From Octopus vulgaris (Eukaryota): a DNA stretch of 64,000 nt. A program made the position numbers and the translations under genes. The DNA lies in NCBI GenBank assembly GCA_951406725.2, contig OX597815.1:30566001-30630000 (forward strand), in the 5' to 3' direction. The notes under the pieces are model-generated. The model ran no database searches and had not been told where the DNA came from. It saw only the letters and a program-made list of their open reading frames with translations. Below are positions 40,715-53,723 of the stretch, in pieces (position 1 is the stretch's first letter; each line of letters opens with the position of its first letter).

Positions 40715-41033
40715 TAGATTTCATGCACTCATCAACCTACACCCAACGGCCGTTCCAGAACCTTAGACATCAGCCGCTAATACTGGTGACATGATCACGT
40801 GTTTAAGATTTTTATGAAGTTGATAACAACGACTATTCAATTCAATAAACATCACTACAAGAATGAAGCCATCACTTTAATGAAAACTGGAGGAAAACAC
40901 TATTCCGTGAAAAATCAGCATATGTGCCTCTTTCTAACTACTCCGAACTTCAGTTTATATTGGATCATTTCAAACAATTACCGTTCCCGGAACCCGTCAT
41001 GCCCTTGGGCACTTATGGAGTAAATTTTAGGGC

Positions 41034-41519
41034 TTATAAATCTAATATTCGCTTATCCTTCCTTAATACCGGTTCCCCTATGCCGTTCTTATCTGCACTC
41101 GGTCTGCTTGGAGTCCTAGCATATGTGCTGCTGCTTTTAGTTTTCGTATTTTCCAGTAGTGTTCTGTCTATTATTTTAACTTCACCCCACAGGGGGAGGT
41201 GATCTCTATTTTTCCATACATGATCAGCTATACACGATTTATCAATATCTCCCCGTGTTACAGCTTTGCGGCGTTCGTCTACCCTTATTTTGAGGGTACG
41301 GCATGTTTCGCCTTTGTATAACCTACCACAGCTGTGTGGGATGGAGTATACACAGTTCTTAGTCATATTCTCTTCTATTGGTGATTTTACTGGAAGGAGA
41401 TATTTGCAAAGTGTTGTATTACTTTTGAATACTGTTCTGATGTCATATGGGCCGCATATCTTTTGTATGCTAGCTGATTGTCTGTTTCTTTTTTCCCATT
41501 GTGAACTGTATGTCTCCAA
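41034..41519 (-). pseudogene. Penelope-like element GIY-YIG endonuclease fragment
   Basis: NCVYSIPHSCGRLYKGETCRTLKIRVDE...SCIADHVW...LWGEVKII; 5' truncated. Confidence 0.85.
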
Positions 41520-41656
41520 GACACCTGATCAAAGCTGGAGGGTATATCAGCCGAAACGTTGTGTTAACAACAAACAAGGTGAGGATAAATATCCGTCAAT
41601 TGTAAATAAAGTAAATAACGTATATAATTCCTCATCTCTTGAATATAGAACTGTAT
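41515..41656 (+). ncRNA. pLTR-like segment with a mutated minimal hammerhead
   Basis: gacac-CTGATcA-a-aGCTG(gagggtatat)CAGCc-GAAA-CG-TT^gtgtt; same segment as 53765-53896. Confidence 0.7.
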
Positions 41657-41764
41657 CACCAATGCGATGTTGAGCACACATTTTTGTCATTCGACATTTA
41701 TATGTCGATGTCTCCGACGTCGCCTATGCATTAACATGAAGAGAGAATTAAAACAAACCATATA

Positions 41765-41766
41765 CG

Positions 41767-41798
<32 letters not shown>

Positions 41799-41898
41799 TG
41801 TATGTATGTATGTATGTATGTATGTATGTATGTATGTATGTATGTATGTGTGTATATATGTATATATATATGTATATATATATATGTATATATATATG

Positions 41899-41929
<31 letters not shown>

Positions 41930-41989
41930 GTATGTACATATGTATCTATCTATCCATCTATCTATCTATCTGTCTGTCGATCTCCCTCC

Positions 41990-42083
<94 letters not shown>

Positions 42084-42090
42084 ATATATT
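41765..42090. repeat. Compound microsatellite (ATGT, TA, TC)
   Basis: Direct inspection. Confidence 0.95.
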
Positions 42091-43460
42091 CATAACTATG
42101 TATGTATGTGTGTGTTTGCGTTTTGGTTCAAAATCAGTGTAAAGCAGGGGAAAGAAAGTAGTCTACAAGAAAGAAATCTATTACATTTATTGGAGCGTGA
42201 ATACTTTACAACTTGTTACACTAAAGTTCTTATTCCTAATTACTAATCTGCATATTTAATAGAACATACACAAGAATTTGATGCTGAATGTTGTACTGCT
42301 GGAGAAAAGTCCGTCAGATATCAGTTTCACAAGACGTGTAACGCAAGCATGCGTCACGAGAGGGACAAGAAAATCGGAGAATGTGTATTATTAAGCACAG
42401 AGTTATGCTTAGAACAGAATTTGAAAAAAATGTGAATCGATATACATTTTGACATGCTTTATAGAATCTTAAACGATAGGAGTTGTGTAGCATTAGCTTA
42501 TATTTTGTACAGGATATATATTAACTTATCGTCCCATATTTTAATAAGGATATGCAATGTTTAAGTGAATTTCGGGATTATCTTTTCTTTCTTGTTAGAT
42601 AAACACACGCACTATAGAGTTCTCTTGTTTATCATTCTTATTCTTATTTTATTCCATTGTCTGGAAATCCTTCATCACACACCGGTGACCTCTCCAGGGA
42701 GTCCCCATTCCATGTGTCTCTCTCTTAGTTCTTTCTTTCTGTGGTGTATGCACTTATATGCGTATGTCTTTGCGTCTGTATCTGTGTGTGTATGTGTGTG
42801 CGTCTGTTTGACTACGCGTGTTGATGTGCGGTCGTGTGTGTAGTTGTTTTATATTTGTTTTGTATATATGTTTTGTGTGTGTGTATGTGGGTTTACTTAC
42901 TATACAGTTTGTATCCGTGTCCTTTATTTTTCATTTATTTGCATATTTATCTCTCTATTTTGCCCCATTTAATTTGTTATGTGTATATGCGTGCCTTTTG
43001 TATATATGTAAATGGGTTTACGTGTTATATCGTTTGTATCTGTCTTTTTTCTCTCCCATTCTGCCTTTAGCCGTCATGTTGCGTAATGTGGTGGTGGCAG
43101 AAGTGTTATCGTTCAATTCATGTTTTCTGTTGAGACTCGGTCTCTCTATTACTATGTGCGTACCCTCTGCAATCTATCTAAGTGCCGTGTCTGTTCTATG
43201 CGTTTATAATACCTTAACATCTATGTAATTAAGCAAGCTGTTCTACTCTTTGAGCGTCAGTTAGTATTTACCTATTCGCTACGTATTGTCACCCGAATAA
43301 TGTAAATCGCTATCTTGTCTCTGCAACGGCCATCACTTATATATCAATGTGTAACTTTTATGATATATTAAATACAATTTTTATACTAAACCGAAGGGTT
43401 ACACAATACATTTGGGAGAGTACAAATTTATGAGTACTCTTGTTAAAGATTAGCACACAC

Positions 43461-43506
<46 letters not shown>

Positions 43507-43961
43507 TATTCAAAGGAATTCCAACTCTGTCTATTTTTTTACGTTTTATTTATATTCTTTATAATATTAAAGTAGGATATAGAATATATAGTATATATAG
43601 TATATGTAGTAAAATGAAATGAAGTATTGATTGTCTTATTGAATAGATGAAATATTGAATATCAAATATTAAGGGACTAGTACACATTCTTGCATTTAAG
43701 CAGTCTTCAAGGTCCCAGGTTGTGACAGGAATGTGTGTTTGTGTGTAATCGATTCAAGAAGACAGAGAGAAAAAAAATTCAATGAAACGTGAGGATGTAT
43801 TAATAAAACGCCCAGAGAAGGCAGAGAGTAGTTGATTTACGTTTGGAGCTTAGCTTTTCTTCTGTAACAGTAAAAAAAACAGGTAAGTCCAAAGGGAAAA
43901 AGGGAAGAAGGCGGAAAAAATTGCAAACAGTTCACGTGTGGTTACATACACATTTACATAC

Positions 43962-44118
43962 ATATGATTTTCTTCAACATATTACCCGCTGAGATTCACA
44001 TACTTATTGCAAGCCGTCAAGTTTTTTCTAACCCTTTAAAAGAACTCGGAAGGTTGGGCCTCCAACTAAGCCTTTCACGACACCCTTAAGGCCAGGAACT
44101 TTTCAGCAACCCGTCGTA
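43962..44118 (-). mobile_element. Internally deleted mariner fragment
   Basis: Minus strand starts tacgacgggttgctgaaaagtt (mariner-type TIR) and encodes CNKYVNLSG*YVE (transposase C-terminus). Confidence 0.6.
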
Positions 44119-44502
44119 TGTGCGTGTGTGTGTGTGTGTATGAACATATAAATATCTTGATATATCAATGTTTGTTTATATATTGTGCTATAATAAAAAT
44201 AATTTACTTTAAGGATAACTCAATATTTTTTGTAGAGTATAGGTTTAATATCCTTCAACGACAGTAACATTGACAGTGATTTAGACATTTTGACCCCGTA
44301 ACCGTAGCTGACCGAAACTTCGAGGTCACTGTCAATATTATTCTTGTGAAAGTGTAATATATATATATATGTATGCGTGTGTGTGTGTGTGTATACATAT
44401 ATATATATATATATATACATATATATGGAAGCTTTATGAAAATAAGCAAAAGACGAAGGCAGGTGGAATATAAACAAACAATTGTATTAGTATGGCGCCC
44501 AG

Positions 44503-44559
<57 letters not shown>

Positions 44560-44560
44560 T

Positions 44561-44963
44561 CTTTTATCTTTTACTTACTTCAGTCATTAGACTGCGGCCA
44601 AGCGAGGGTACTGCCTTGAGTATTTAAAGGTATGCATCGACCCAAGTACTCATTTTTTATGCGAGGTACTTATTCTATCGGTCCTTTTTGCTCTACCGCT
44701 ATATTACAGGGATGGAAAAAACACCAACACAGGTTACCAAGCGGTGGTGGGGTAACAAAAACAGACACACACATAAACACACAAGCACATACACACATAC
44801 GACGGGCTTCTTTCAGTTTCCCCACTATGAAATCCACTCATAGGTGTTTGGTCGGCTCGAGGCTATAGCAGAAATCATTTGCTTAAGGTTCTACGCTGTG
44901 GGACTGAACCCAGAACCACGAGGTTGGGAAGCAAGCATCGTTTCACACAGCCACGCCTGCGCC
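44561..44963 (-). mobile_element. Diverged full-length SINE family D
   Basis: Colinear with the reverse complement of 35372-35803. Confidence 0.85.
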
Positions 44964-45032
<69 letters not shown>

Positions 45033-47549
45033 ATGTATGTTTGTACGTACTAATGTATGTATACGCATGCTATTGAAATGCTTTGAAATATCCTCCATAA
45101 CTGAAGCTTCTTTAAATCAGACTTTCGTGTTGTTAAACCACAGCAAGATCCGAATAAAACAATTTAAGGCATAGCAAAGCCACAATAGAGGGCTTCGATT
45201 TGCTTTCGTATTTGAAGGGAGCTATTATATAGGAAATTGTATTCAGCAATTGTATGTTTACAATTGGCTGATCCCTCACCGAAGATATTCGGGGTTCACA
45301 GATCAAACACTCGATAACAATCGAACGTGGTTAATGACGGTAGGGTTTATCAACATACAATCACAACTATTTTATATAACAGGTATTTTCAATAACGTAA
45401 ATTGTTCAATATAACAGCTACGGTTCATATACAGTAAAAGCTATAATGTATGTTACCACTGATAGGGAGCATTGAAAATTTATAAGGGCAGCAAGACACA
45501 GACTGAAAAATATTCATTGATTGCTAGTGATACTTCGTAGCCAGCATTGTCACCTTTAGAGGCTTTAGGCAGGAAATCCATAGCAGTCATATCAAAGTGA
45601 TATATCTATACCTCCTATGTATAGCTGAATGTATAATGTATGCTAAAACACGGAAACAGGAAAGTAGACACTTTCAGCTATTCCTCTCAATGACGGGATT
45701 CGTACATAGTTTAAAAATTTGTAAAAAAATGCTTTAAAATGTTATATAATCCCAATATTTGTTGTAAAGTGGGGGCACAGCAGAAGGAAATCCTCCACAA
45801 AGAAATAATGGATAATAGAATAATGGGTATTGCAGCAACAAATAAAGAAAAGTCTCATAAAAAAATTACAGGAAATTCTAGAGTAAATTGCTTCAAAATA
45901 AGCGAAGACATGTTATAGTATAAAATTATTGGAACATAATTCAGGTTTTGACATAAATATTGATTAAACATTGATATAGTCATTCCTTAAAACGTGATGT
46001 ATATTATTAACGTAAAATAATTAAAATAATACTAGTGCTAGGAGTGATATTCACCTTTGCAATAGAAAGTTTTTAGGCCGATGCTGTTTTTATAGTGTTA
46101 CAAAAATCTGCAGAAAAGCGGTTGATTTTATAAAACATAGGTTGGATCAATCTTGATAAAGATAATGAAATAATTGCATATCATTATCTTATAAATGGAT
46201 GATGGAATATCAGTTTCAGTTTTTAATGTGACAGGAGAAACGAGAACCTTTGTATTTAAATGCATTGAATTTATTTGTCATTAAGCATTTTCGTTTCAAA
46301 AGCTTTTGCTTTTTTGAAAAATATATTGAATAAGGACATAGCATACGATACGAAAGGTATTATTTAACAGATGATTTAAACAGTTGCTTAAGCTAAGCAA
46401 GAATAATACAATAATAATTAATTGATTGCATTTTGAAGTAAAGATTTAAGGAGCAGAGATTTTTCAAATTGCAATGATCATGAAATATTAAAACTCAGTG
46501 CCAAAATCTCCCCTTAATTAAATTAGTTTAGTATTCAATATTCGAGGGCATGACACTATGCAATCGTATTAAATAATATTAATGTTTTTTTAGAATTATT
46601 GCGAAAATAGAACAAATGTTAATAGGAATTAATGAATATCATTGTGATAACTATGAAGATATAAATGAATTCACTCAATAAACTTAAATTCCAGGTAAAT
46701 TAGAGAAGATTTTGAATATTTCTAATAATATTCAGAGTTAAATTTTTTCACCTACAATTCGTTACGGCTTATTTATATTCACCTTTCTAATCTACTTTTA
46801 TAAAGTTAATTATTTAAATGAAGAATTATTAGACACTTGTTTTACTAGGGATTTATTTTACTTTCCGGTTTAAAATTACGATATCCACTTGTTCTATTCC
46901 GTTACAACTCTAATGCAGATAGTGAAATATCTGCAGTTTGCTTGAATAAAAATGTGGCATATATCAGGAAGTGTTTGCTACAGAGTGAAACCTTTTTTTT
47001 CGAACAAATGCCTTTCTAAACTCGGATCTCTTGCCGTGGTGTAGTCTCATTCAGTGAATAATATACGAAACCCTCGATTTAGATAAGAGTTAGACACGTT
47101 GTCCAGTTTTGTAGCATCGTAAATTTCTCTTGATAATTAATGATGGATAACATTAAAATTGGGCATCACGTTCCGATTTGTATATTTTAATCACATATCT
47201 ATCGAACTGTTCCCTATGTCTGTCTAACTCTTGGTGTCATGGTGTAGCGTAGCTTTTCCTCTTGTACTGTGAGATACTACAGAGCACTAGAGAACAGACT
47301 TCCTTTGTACTGTCAATACTTAAGTTTACATTTCTCATTGGTAAAATAAAACAATCATGATTCTGCGTTTAGATTCAATTTCTACAGAGGTTTCTCTTTA
47401 AGCATCACAGAGAATAATCAGTACGATGTCATTAATTACTATAATCTGAAATTCCTCACCACCACTCCAAATTATAGGCTTTAGAGAAGAATTTCGTTAT
47501 TTCCTTAGCGTAAAATTAATCAAATAAATATAGAAAGAATCATTATTTT

Positions 47550-48600
47550 GTCAATGACATTTGCAATTGCACCTCATATAAAGTATGGAATTCTTAGAAG
47601 AAGAGGAAAGCAAATATACACATTAAAGAAATCAATTAAACTAATATTTATTTCAAAATCTCTCTTCGAACGGTAAAGAATTACCATCATTGATTATTTC
47701 AAATAAAAGATATAATTCAAACCATTTTATCTCTCTATTACACATATCAAATTTATGCGCCAAATTTTTGTTTCATTAAGTCTTTGTTTGAGAAGATTAA
47801 TATTTACACTGAGCGCTGCAGATGGGAAATAAATCGCAGTATGGTTTCTGATATATTTCCGAGCAAATTGAAAGTAAGGTCTAATGCACTAGTCCCTATT
47901 GAAATACAAATACAAAGATATACTTTCTGGAAGTAATGCCAAAATTTTCATGAATATTTTCGTGTATCTCTCTAGACAAAAAAATATATCTCCGATAATA
48001 TTTCCATGAGGATTTATATGGAAATAAGTTAAAACAAAACATTATGCAGTACAGTGCAGAAATGATAAAACATGGCAAATGTTTATTATACGCTGTAATA
48101 TCATACTCATCTTGACACCATAAGAACATATTTCAGAAGTTGTCAGTACCTTTGGGATACCAATGAGATTGTAGTTCATGATTGAAATTGATTTATCGCC
48201 ACACATAAAATGGACTCTGCTAACTTTGATAAAGCTCACTGAGATGGTTCCATCAATAGATGATATCTACTTCGAAATACATTTAGTTTTCTTACTAACA
48301 ACGTGCTAGACTGAGATATTGCTCCTGAACAAAATAACACATGTAGACGAGTAACAGGAGTGACATATTACAGACCTAGGCGTATATGAAGCATTTTTCA
48401 TATCAACTTTGACGAAGATATAAACCATACTTGTAATAAGAACTAATTCATCCAATGCAAATGTTAAAACAATAGTATATATCTTTCTCGTAACTACTCT
48501 GCCTGGCCATACTCTTTCCGGTGGTGCATACTCAACTTTTCAGTGTAATGCTTCAAATTGCATGAATATTTCCTCAGTTGAATTCATAACTAACAAACAC
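47550..48600 (-). pseudogene. Decayed hAT (ZMYM1/Tip100-like) transposase remnant
   Basis: CSYGVKMSMILQRII...SFLHCTA*CFVL resembles QxYDGAxxMSG...LQ...VHCxAHxLNL; QEQYLSLAR resembles EQLSxxxR. Confidence 0.4.
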
Positions 48601-50411
48601 AAAATTCCATTACACATTTTTCAAGAATAAAATCTAAAAGTTATAAGCATCAATCCTGTTGCATGTTTAATATCGTTACAAGCATATTAATCTAAAATTT
48701 TTAGAGTTTGGAATGTTGAATTTAGGGAATATTTTCGTGTTTGTTTGTATTCATACCTGTGAAATGCCGAAGGTAATTACAGTTGGTAATAGAAAAATAA
48801 CATACGGACATTAAGTAAAACATCTGAGAAAATACAACACCGAATCTTCATAAATGTCTTTGCTTTGATCTAATGAGAAAGCTACATATTCAAAATACAT
48901 TTTCGATGGGTTTTTGTTCTTTTCACTTTACATGTAATCAAATCTGAAAAATTTTTGTTTTGTTTTCGTAAAAGAACATGAAGTAATTCTTGTGAATAAC
49001 AGCTCAATGTTATAAGAGTTGGGGATTTAAAGTTGTGGGTTAGTTTTTTTATCGTTTTCACTTAAAATTCTATGAATAAGGGATAAATCGCTAAACATTT
49101 TAAAATATGATATAAATGAAAATAAAATCATGCCACTCTTCCAAGAATTCTGTTGTTACAACTGAGGCTACAATTTTTGTTCAATAAAAAAGAACCATAA
49201 ATACCAGACGGAAAATGCACCATCATCGTTAACTTCATCAACGTCGATTTTTTTTTGTCTGCCCTCCCTTCCTCGTATATACGTATAGCATACAAATTCA
49301 TACACGCATCTAGACACATACTCTCTCTCACACACATACACAAACACAGACACAGACAGACACACACACGCGCGCACGTGCACACACAGGTATATGAAAA
49401 TATGTAGTAATAATGCACAGAGAAAACGTAGTTGTTATCTTCAGCTTTCAAAAACATACACGTGTTTCAGCAGCGATTGTTATTACTGCGCAAGGAAGTC
49501 GGCCAGATGTCGCAAGGTAATTGACGCACTTCCTCATCATTCGTAGCGGAAACTACTAAATTAGGAAGGATGAACGCTTTAATCATATTCCAGCTATGTA
49601 AATAACGTTGGATACCAGTGTATTGCAGAATAAAGCGTTAAGTAGTAGGATTGTTTCAAGGTAAGTAAGTGGTCCATCAGAGAAGGGCCGAAATGACGCA
49701 CACATTCATACACTTGCACAAATGTGTACACAGAAGAAAAGAGAGAAAAAGAATCCTGAGTCGACTTGGACCTACTCCTAACAGTAACTACAATGCAAAG
49801 AGTGAGAGGTATATATACAGGGCGTCCACTGTGTGCATGCAAACGTTCTGTACACACGTGAATTATGATGCATTATAGTAAATATTACACAGTCTCTGTG
49901 ATTCATGCCATGAGCAGCATATTTCTATGCGTAGACATCCTTTCTTCAACCCAAGACTTAGTTACCCGACATCACTTCTAGTACACATGTATAATCTAGC
50001 TAACTATAATGCTAGCTATATATGGAAATGGTTACTATAGCGATACGCGTTGTTGTACGATGAGGTTAGACAACTTCGTGAACTATGAATGAAAGAGGGA
50101 TAGGAGATTGTACTAGCTAATAAACATAATGAATCAGGAATTAGCTGCGCACTCTGGAGATGTCGAACATTCTAGAGCTACAAGATCGGAAACCATCTTA
50201 ATTATGATGAAATACGCTAGTCTACTATCGAATTGACATAGTGGCACTAGCTAGATTATACTCACGGAATTACTACTCTCAATCTTGTTTAACAATACTA
50301 TACCCCAACACTGTTATGTTTATACTTCTCCAACAACTCCTACCTCATCCTATTCATTTGCGTATATACTCCTGCATTACTTAAATAAGAGACATTTATA
50401 TGGAATATCGG

Positions 50412-50738
50412 GTGGGAAAGACCCCTTTGGTCACCAGTAACCATGAAATTTCACCTAGAAAGTTCCCCTCCTAGGCACAAGTCTAGGAAATTTTGTTTAT
50501 GGAAGACTAGCAGTCCTCCATGCATACTAGCCTCCCCTCTATACACCACCAATGTTATCCAATGGAAAGGCAAAGGGGCCGATACAGCTTGGCCAAAACT
50601 CATTTCTACAGCTGAGGGAACTGGAGCAACGTGAAACAAAGTATCTAGCTCAAGAACACAACAAACAAAGCGGTCCGGTAATTGAATTTACTACCTCATG
50701 ATTGTGAGCCCGGCTCTCTAACTACTGAGCCATGCGCC
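50412..50738 (-). mobile_element. CORE-like SINE with tail Z
   Basis: Homologous along its length to 56591-56921. Confidence 0.8.
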
Positions 50739-50914
50739 ATTATGCTTTTTCAGATCGGGAGATACCACTGTCACTGTGTGTGTGTATGTGTGTGGGTGCG
50801 TCTGTGTGTGTGTGTACATGTATGTGTGCGCGCGCGCGAGTGTGCCTATGAGATTAGATGGTTGTGCGTATGGGTCCGGCTTTACATGGTTTTACATGGT
50901 TCATTCCATTTTAC

Positions 50915-52000
50915 ATGGTTCATTCCAAAATTTTGAGAATTCTTTTAACGAAAAATTTTTAATAACTTCAAAGAAGTAAAAAAAGAATACAATTTCCCTG
51001 AAAGTAGGATCCTGTGACTCAATGCACTTGTAATGCTTCTGCCACTTCGTGAGGACCCCATGGAAGACCTCCAAAGTGTAGATGTCCAGAACCGTTGTCA
51101 CAGCTTCCTTCATTTTTTTTTGCAATGTCTTCAAAATTATTGCCCTTGGTATTCCTCCTCAGCTTGGGTAACAACCAAAAATCACAGTAAACAAGATCTG
51201 GCATGTAAGGAGAATAAGGCACAATTTTGAAACCATCACTATCAAGGTGTTGGTTGCCAAAGGGTAATTGTGGACTGGTGCAAGTGCCTCCAACATAAGT
51301 GGAAAAACTCTGGCTTTTTGCGACAAAATTTCTTTCTGAACTCTCACAGAACCTCCACAAAGTACTCTGTGAATCGCCTGGCCAGAGAGAGCCCAGTGGA
51401 TGTAGACGATGCCCTTGCTGTGGAAAATATCGGTCATCATGAACGTCTCGATGAACTTGCTTTGCCTGGCTTTCTTGGACCCGGAGGATTCAATATGCTT
51501 CCATTGAACACTTAGTATCTTTGTTTCTGGATCATAACAGTAGATCTAGCCTTCATCAGAAGTCACTAGGGATTCAAATTCTCTATAGAAGTGGAGGTAA
51601 TCATCTCCTGTTGTCACTAGCATTCTTTCAATCTATTCATCACTGAGCTCCCTGGGAACAAAGTTTGTACAAATTTTATACGTGTTCATAAACAAACTCC
51701 AAACTTTATGCTTATTGTCTGTATAGACACACGGCGGTCTTCATTGCGAAATTTGCAAATTTTCTCAACGAGCTCTGATATTCTGACACTTTCTATTGTC
51801 CTTGGACCGCTTATGCCAGTGAAAAACAGATGTTCGACTTATAAAAGTTAATCTATATGCAACCTGGAACATCTAATAAATGTCTGTATCGTTTTTGTCT
51901 AGTTTAACACAAAACTTTATTTCATAGTGAGGTTCCAGTTGTTCTTCCCGATAGCATTCTGCAAAGTAGTCATCTGTAAACGAGCAGTGTTCAATAGACT
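50915..52000 (-). pseudogene. Old decayed mariner transposase
   Basis: VTSDEG*IYCYDPETK, YSPYMPDLVYCDFWLLPKL, KW..HYKCIE. Confidence 0.75.
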
Positions 52001-52099
52001 ATGTTCAAAATGCTGTTACAACTAGGTTCTTCAAACTAGAATAAAAGTTTGTCCGATTAGCTTATTAAGATGTATAGATATATACTAAAATTTCAATAA

Positions 52100-53586
52100 T
52101 CTACGACAGTTATAACTGCTTTTCCTAAAATGTCTCAAAACTTCTGGAATGCGTCTCGTATGTAATCTTCTGAGTTGCAATGAGTGAGGATAATTTATAG
52201 TCCATATTATAGTGAACAAATAATAGCTAATATGAAGTAAACTTTCGTCGGATGGGAACTTCAGACATACATCAAACCTGTTCATCATTATTGCTTCTTT
52301 AAGTTCTTTGTCCTATGGCTTTAAACGTTCCGTCCACAGTTCGATATTGATGGAAGCTAATTGCTCACTTCTCGCTGTGCAATAATATTCTCAGATGAAA
52401 ATGTTCTGGCTCTTTTGGACTGATAATATATATTTTCGGAATAGTCTTGTTGAAGTCACGAATTGTTAGATGATTAGGAGATGAGTATGAAGTAATCGCC
52501 TTTTCTGGAATTTGATAGAATAGAAATATGCATTAATATTTCCCCAAAATAATATTTTTCAAGGTATCTTTCAATAAGTATTTCAGTTTTATCCAACCCA
52601 CACTCGCAGCATTATCTGAAGGGAATTATTCACGAAAAAGATTATATTTAATATCATCTCAGAAAGCGTTGTATGTCTCTGGCATTTCAAATTTCTCACC
52701 ACGACCATTGCATCGTGGTAGCACTCATGTTCCTCAGAGATGAAGATGGCAAAATAAATATATGCAAAAGGATCTCGCTAAACTAATAAGGTCCTAACGA
52801 GTTCCTGTATTACCTGAAACAGTAACCATATAAGCAGTAGTTTTTAATAGTTTAAACCCTGCGAAATATTTTTTGATATCTCACATGATTCGTAATATTT
52901 TTGATATCTCACAAGATTCGTACAGATTTAGATTGTATTCCAGCCGTACAGATGTATGTTGTATTTTGTTACTCATGTTTGGGTAATCTTTTTATTTTCA
53001 CATACTGATACGTGAACCACTGCCACTGTTAATCAGTTAAGGATTATATTCTGTTACCTTGATGCTCCATGGACATAAAATACTTGAATAAAATTCAGTT
53101 TCCATTATTGCTATAAAGTGAAATATTTTGTTGCCATCTTCTAAGTGGAAATGAATTATTCATATTGAAAGTTTCACAGTTATCGCTCGGTATATTCATA
53201 TGTCGAGAACTTCTCAATTGTGAGGGTAAACATGAAAATTATTTTCAAAAGTAATATCACCTTTGGTATTCCTAAATGGTATAGGAAACACCATCTCCTG
53301 ATGTCAACTGGAAATTTATGAAGTTTACAATCGTCACATTATTCACATAATTTACATTTGACAGATATTTGTTCTCATCTTATTTCGGCTGATATACCCT
53401 CCAGCCTTCATCATGTATCTAGGGTAAATTTCGAACCTAGGTTCTCATTCCTAAGTATTTTTTGACGTTGTTATTATTATTATTATTGTTATTATTCAGG
53501 TCACTGCCTTGAATCGAACTCGGAATCTTGGGGTTAGTAGCCCGCACTCTTAACCCCAAGATTCCGAATTCGATTCCAGGCAGTGA

Positions 53587-53664
<78 letters not shown>

Positions 53665-53691
53665 CAACAACATCAACAACAACAACAAAAA

Positions 53692-53723
<32 letters not shown>

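Noticed and set aside
45780-47000. hAT transposase remnant (SNADSE resembles the dimerisation motif SNAxxER)
   Set aside because: A single weak motif in very AT-rich sequence
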